This document shows, piece after piece, positions 61,529-64,000 of a stretch of DNA of 64,000 nt (position 1 is the stretch's first letter; every line of letters begins with the position of its first letter). The DNA is from Sedimentisphaerales bacterium (GTDB lineage: Bacteria > Planctomycetota > Phycisphaerae > Sedimentisphaerales > Anaerobacaceae): contig JAXGYC010000007.1 in the NCBI GenBank assembly GCA_040772485.1, positions 1,056,001-1,120,000 on the forward strand, written 5' to 3'. The notes beneath the pieces are model-generated. The model saw nothing but the letters and a program-made list of their open reading frames with translations. It was not told the DNA's origin and did no database searches. The translations under genes and the position numbers were made by a program.

Positions 61529-62752
61529 TCACGGAACCGCATACCAGCCAATGCCCTCATCGAACCAGACATTGTCGGGCAGCGCCCGGAGTTTTTCCGC
61601 CTCACTCTCGCTCGTGGTGAAGAAATGGGCTCCGGCACTCTGCGACCAGAAACGATATACCGGACAAGCCCAGGACACCTGCTTGCCGACCGGATAGGCG
61701 TAGAAGGCGATGCCCTGGTGCGTCCATACGTCAGGATACTGCTCCAGAAGCTTGGTGATCTCCCGCTCCTTGAGCGTGTAGAAATGCGACATCGTCTCGT
61801 CCGACCAGAAGCGGTGCACGGGCAGACAGTTGGGATCGGAGGCATCCGGGAACGCGCGGAACGCAGTGCCCTGGTAGGTCCATTCCTTCGGGTGTTCGTT
61901 GATCAGCGTGTCCTTCTCGGTCTCACTGATCGTATAGTAATGGGCCTTGTTGATGGGCGACCAGAACCGATAGACCGGTTTCAGCGATGCCTCGATGATC
62001 TTGCCGTATTCGACCACCACATTGTCGAGGTAAGCGCGCCCCGAACCAATGGCCAGGCCGGTGGATCGGCCTCCGAGGTATATGAAGATCGGGCCGCCGC
62101 CCCAAGTCCCACGGACCAGACCGCGGTAGGCGTCCCAGGCCCTATCGAGACCATAGCCCCAGGTACTCACGTAAAGCGCATCGAGTTGCGAATCGTAGGA
62201 TACATACAGTGTCCCATCGTTGACCCACCGTTCACTGTATCCGCTCATGGTGGAATACCCATCCACCCTCTCATAAGAGAAGCTGGGGAACCGATTCACA
62301 CACCCGGCGCCGAATTCGAGCCGTCGGTATCGAGGGTTCTGATCGCTGGGGGTCACGCCAATCCCGATCCACCCCTCCTCTTCGATGGTCACAAGATCGT
62401 AGTGAAAATCGACCCTCATCCCAAAATCGTATCGGGGGTCGAGTCGCCAGGTGTTTCCCACATACGCGGCGAACGCCTCGAAAGGCGGCTCCGAAGCCCG
62501 CAGTTCCAGGCGTCTGTTCGTTTCCTTAACGAATATGTTGTTCGGGTCCTCCGAGTACTCCTTCCACAGCCAGGCCCGCGAGTTGTCATCGAACGAGTCC
62601 TTCAGGGCGATCTCGTTCTGGGAACTCATGGTGCCGTCGCTGACCACGATAGTGGTTTCGTCCGCATGCACATCCGGGCAGAATCTCGACGCGGCGAGAA
62701 TCCCTCCCACCGCCAGCACGCAAACAAATGTGTTACGTATCATGATTCTCAT
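61529..62752 (-). CDS. Secreted protein with three C-terminal DUF5648-like repeats
   Basis: Signal peptide; beta-sandwich-like middle region; three V(Y/H)RFWS...H(Y/F)(Y/F)T repeats; start 62752 or 62743 after GAGGAG. Confidence 0.8.
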   Translation of the reverse strand: MRIMIRNTFVCVLAVGGILAASRFCPDVHADETTIVVSDGTMSSQNEIALKDSFDDNSRAWLWKEYSEDPNNIFVKETNRRLELRASEPPFEAFAAYVGNTWRLDPRYDFGMRVDFHYDLVTIEEEGWIGIGVTPSDQNPRYRRLEFGAGCVNRFPSFSYERVDGYSTMSGYSERWVNDGTLYVSYDSQLDALYVSTWGYGLDRAWDAYRGLVRGTWGGGPIFIYLGGRSTGLAIGSGRAYLDNVVVEYGKIIEASLKPVYRFWSPINKAHYYTISETEKDTLINEHPKEWTYQGTAFRAFPDASDPNCLPVHRFWSDETMSHFYTLKEREITKLLEQYPDVWTHQGIAFYAYPVGKQVSWACPVYRFWSQSAGAHFFTTSESEAEKLRALPDNVWFDEGIGWYAVP

Positions 62753-63013
62753 CCCCCTTCTCCTCAATAGGGTGCTTGGCATTCCTGACAACGCAGGCAG
62801 CACGCACGCGGCCCCTGCACACAATAATTCCGGGAATCCCTTCCGAAAGGCGTCATCCGAACGGCCCTGATCGGTCGCACCCAACCGCAGTCGGGCGGCC
62901 CCCGCACTATCCCCCAACGCAACGCCTCGGTAGCTGGGCTCTGAAACGTACGGTTTTCGGGCCGTATGCCGCTTCCATGGCAACTTAAAGCGGTCTGTCA
63001 CCGCTGTTTTTCT

Positions 63014-63041
63014 ATTATAACATTTCGGCCCGGAATGTCAA
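63014..63041 (-). promoter_or_regulatory. Consensus sigma70 promoter with extended -10
   Basis: Minus strand TTGACA-16 bp-TATAAT with TGT directly before the -10 box. Confidence 0.8.
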
Positions 63042-63107
63042 GCAAACGGGGCCAAATCGCGTCTTTTTCGTGCTCCGGCTCCGCCGCCGCCGGAGGACAA
63101 GTCCAGG

Positions 63108-64000
63108 CTACAGGGACCGACTGGCTTGGGGCGTTCCGCCATAGGCGCCCATGTTGATCCGACCACCGTTCGGGGCCGGCTCGTCGCCCGAATCGCCCGA
63201 CGGGTCCCCCGCATCGATGCAGGGGCTACTCACCTCGTCGATAACCCAGTCGGACACTCGGGTATCCCAGTGGCCGGCCAGGGACCTGAGGTGATAATCC
63301 CCGCTCGCGGAGTCAACAAAAAGCGGGTCCGCCTCGATGTTGCCTTCTCCCTCGCAGCCCCCCTGGATGTCGTTGAAGCGGACGTCGTAGAGACCGCCTC
63401 CCGTCAGAGAATTCGCCTCGAAGTACAGTTCGTTCTCCCAGACGATGTTGTTCAGGAGGCAGGCTCGTTCCGGCACGCTGCCTGACGTGAGTCCCCTCGT
63501 GGACCCCAGATGCAAGCCATTCGGCCGGTTGCGAACGATCGTGTTGTTGACCACACGCGGGCGGCCGTAGAGATTGTAGAGACCGCCGCCCCAGTACGCC
63601 GAGTTCTCCGCGATGACGTTGTTGGAAACGGTCGGCGCAGCGCTGTAGACGTGGATACCGCCGCCCTCCCAGTCGGCGGTGTTGCCGACGATCGTGTTAT
63701 TGGTGATGACGGCCCGCGAATCATCGAGACAGGCAATCGCACCGCCGCTCTCGGCATGGTTGTTCGAGAAGCGGCAGTGGTCAATCACAGGACTCGAAGC
63801 GGGATCGGACTTGGAGCGGGCGTCCCCCGGCCTGTCGGCCTTGCAGCAGAGCACCGCTCCTCCGACCAGATCGACCGTATCGGCGGCAGTGGCATAGGGC
63901 TTGTTGGCGAATGCGAGATGGCAGTATTGCAGCACGTCGTCGTCGCCTGAACCAACGAACCGTATGCCGAACCAGCCGTCAATCGTGTCGGTGGCATTGA
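63108..64000 (-). CDS. Right-handed parallel beta-helix repeat protein (5' end outside the window)
   Basis: Frame open to the window edge (GWFGIRF); N.A..GGGI repeats; NIEADPLF, DYHL, SPCIDAGDP, RINMGAYGG. Confidence 0.88.
   Translation of the reverse strand, partial: NATDTIDGWFGIRFVGSGDDDVLQYCHLAFANKPYATAADTVDLVGGAVLCCKADRPGDARSKSDPASSPVIDHCRFSNNHAESGGAIACLDDSRAVITNNTIVGNTADWEGGGIHVYSAAPTVSNNVIAENSAYWGGGLYNLYGRPRVVNNTIVRNRPNGLHLGSTRGLTSGSVPERACLLNNIVWENELYFEANSLTGGGLYDVRFNDIQGGCEGEGNIEADPLFVDSASGDYHLRSLAGHWDTRVSDWVIDEVSSPCIDAGDPSGDSGDEPAPNGGRINMGAYGGTPQASRSL

Noticed and set aside
62928..62970. c-di-GMP-I riboswitch suggested by minus-strand AGCCCAGCTACCG
   Set aside because: The required upstream GGCAAAC...GAAA...GACGCAAA elements are absent

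Overview
GC-rich bacterial chromosomal window with about 40 protein-coding genes. I recognised no rRNA, tRNA, transposase or CRISPR array. The gene content suggests a planctomycete, probably Phycisphaerae/Sedimentisphaerales-like; this is inference from Tat-exported Gfo/Idh/MocA paralogues, a Tat sulfatase with HEAT repeats, DUF362, DUF1593, DUF5648-type and dockerin-like secreted proteins. Blocks in order: (1) rodA-murJ-TPR envelope operon and a secreted cohesin/dockerin-like protein behind a long structured leader; (2) alpha-glucan cluster glgE-treS/mak-glgB facing GH57-malQ; (3) carbohydrate catabolism genes (GH78, GH4, FG-GAP, Gfo/Idh/MocA, two gluconolactonases, sialidase-like, GH9, SGNH, sulfatase); (4) housekeeping genes (ABC-F, pyk, lemA, cyclophilin, trmB, AsmA-like, purD). 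The most unusual region is 33651-34904: a small, probably leaderless GIY-YIG nuclease gene divergent from a near-consensus promoter that reads into a ~670 bp mosaic repeat array, with REP-like palindromes and a possible 8-bp flanking direct repeat. Other leads are a ~180-nt rod-like RNA at 5791-5971, a Gfo/Idh/MocA paralogue that seems to have lost only its twin-arginine motif, a pyruvate kinase lacking its C domain, and a cysteine hydrolase lacking the catalytic Cys. Family assignments come from motif recognition by eye; no database search or folding program was run.
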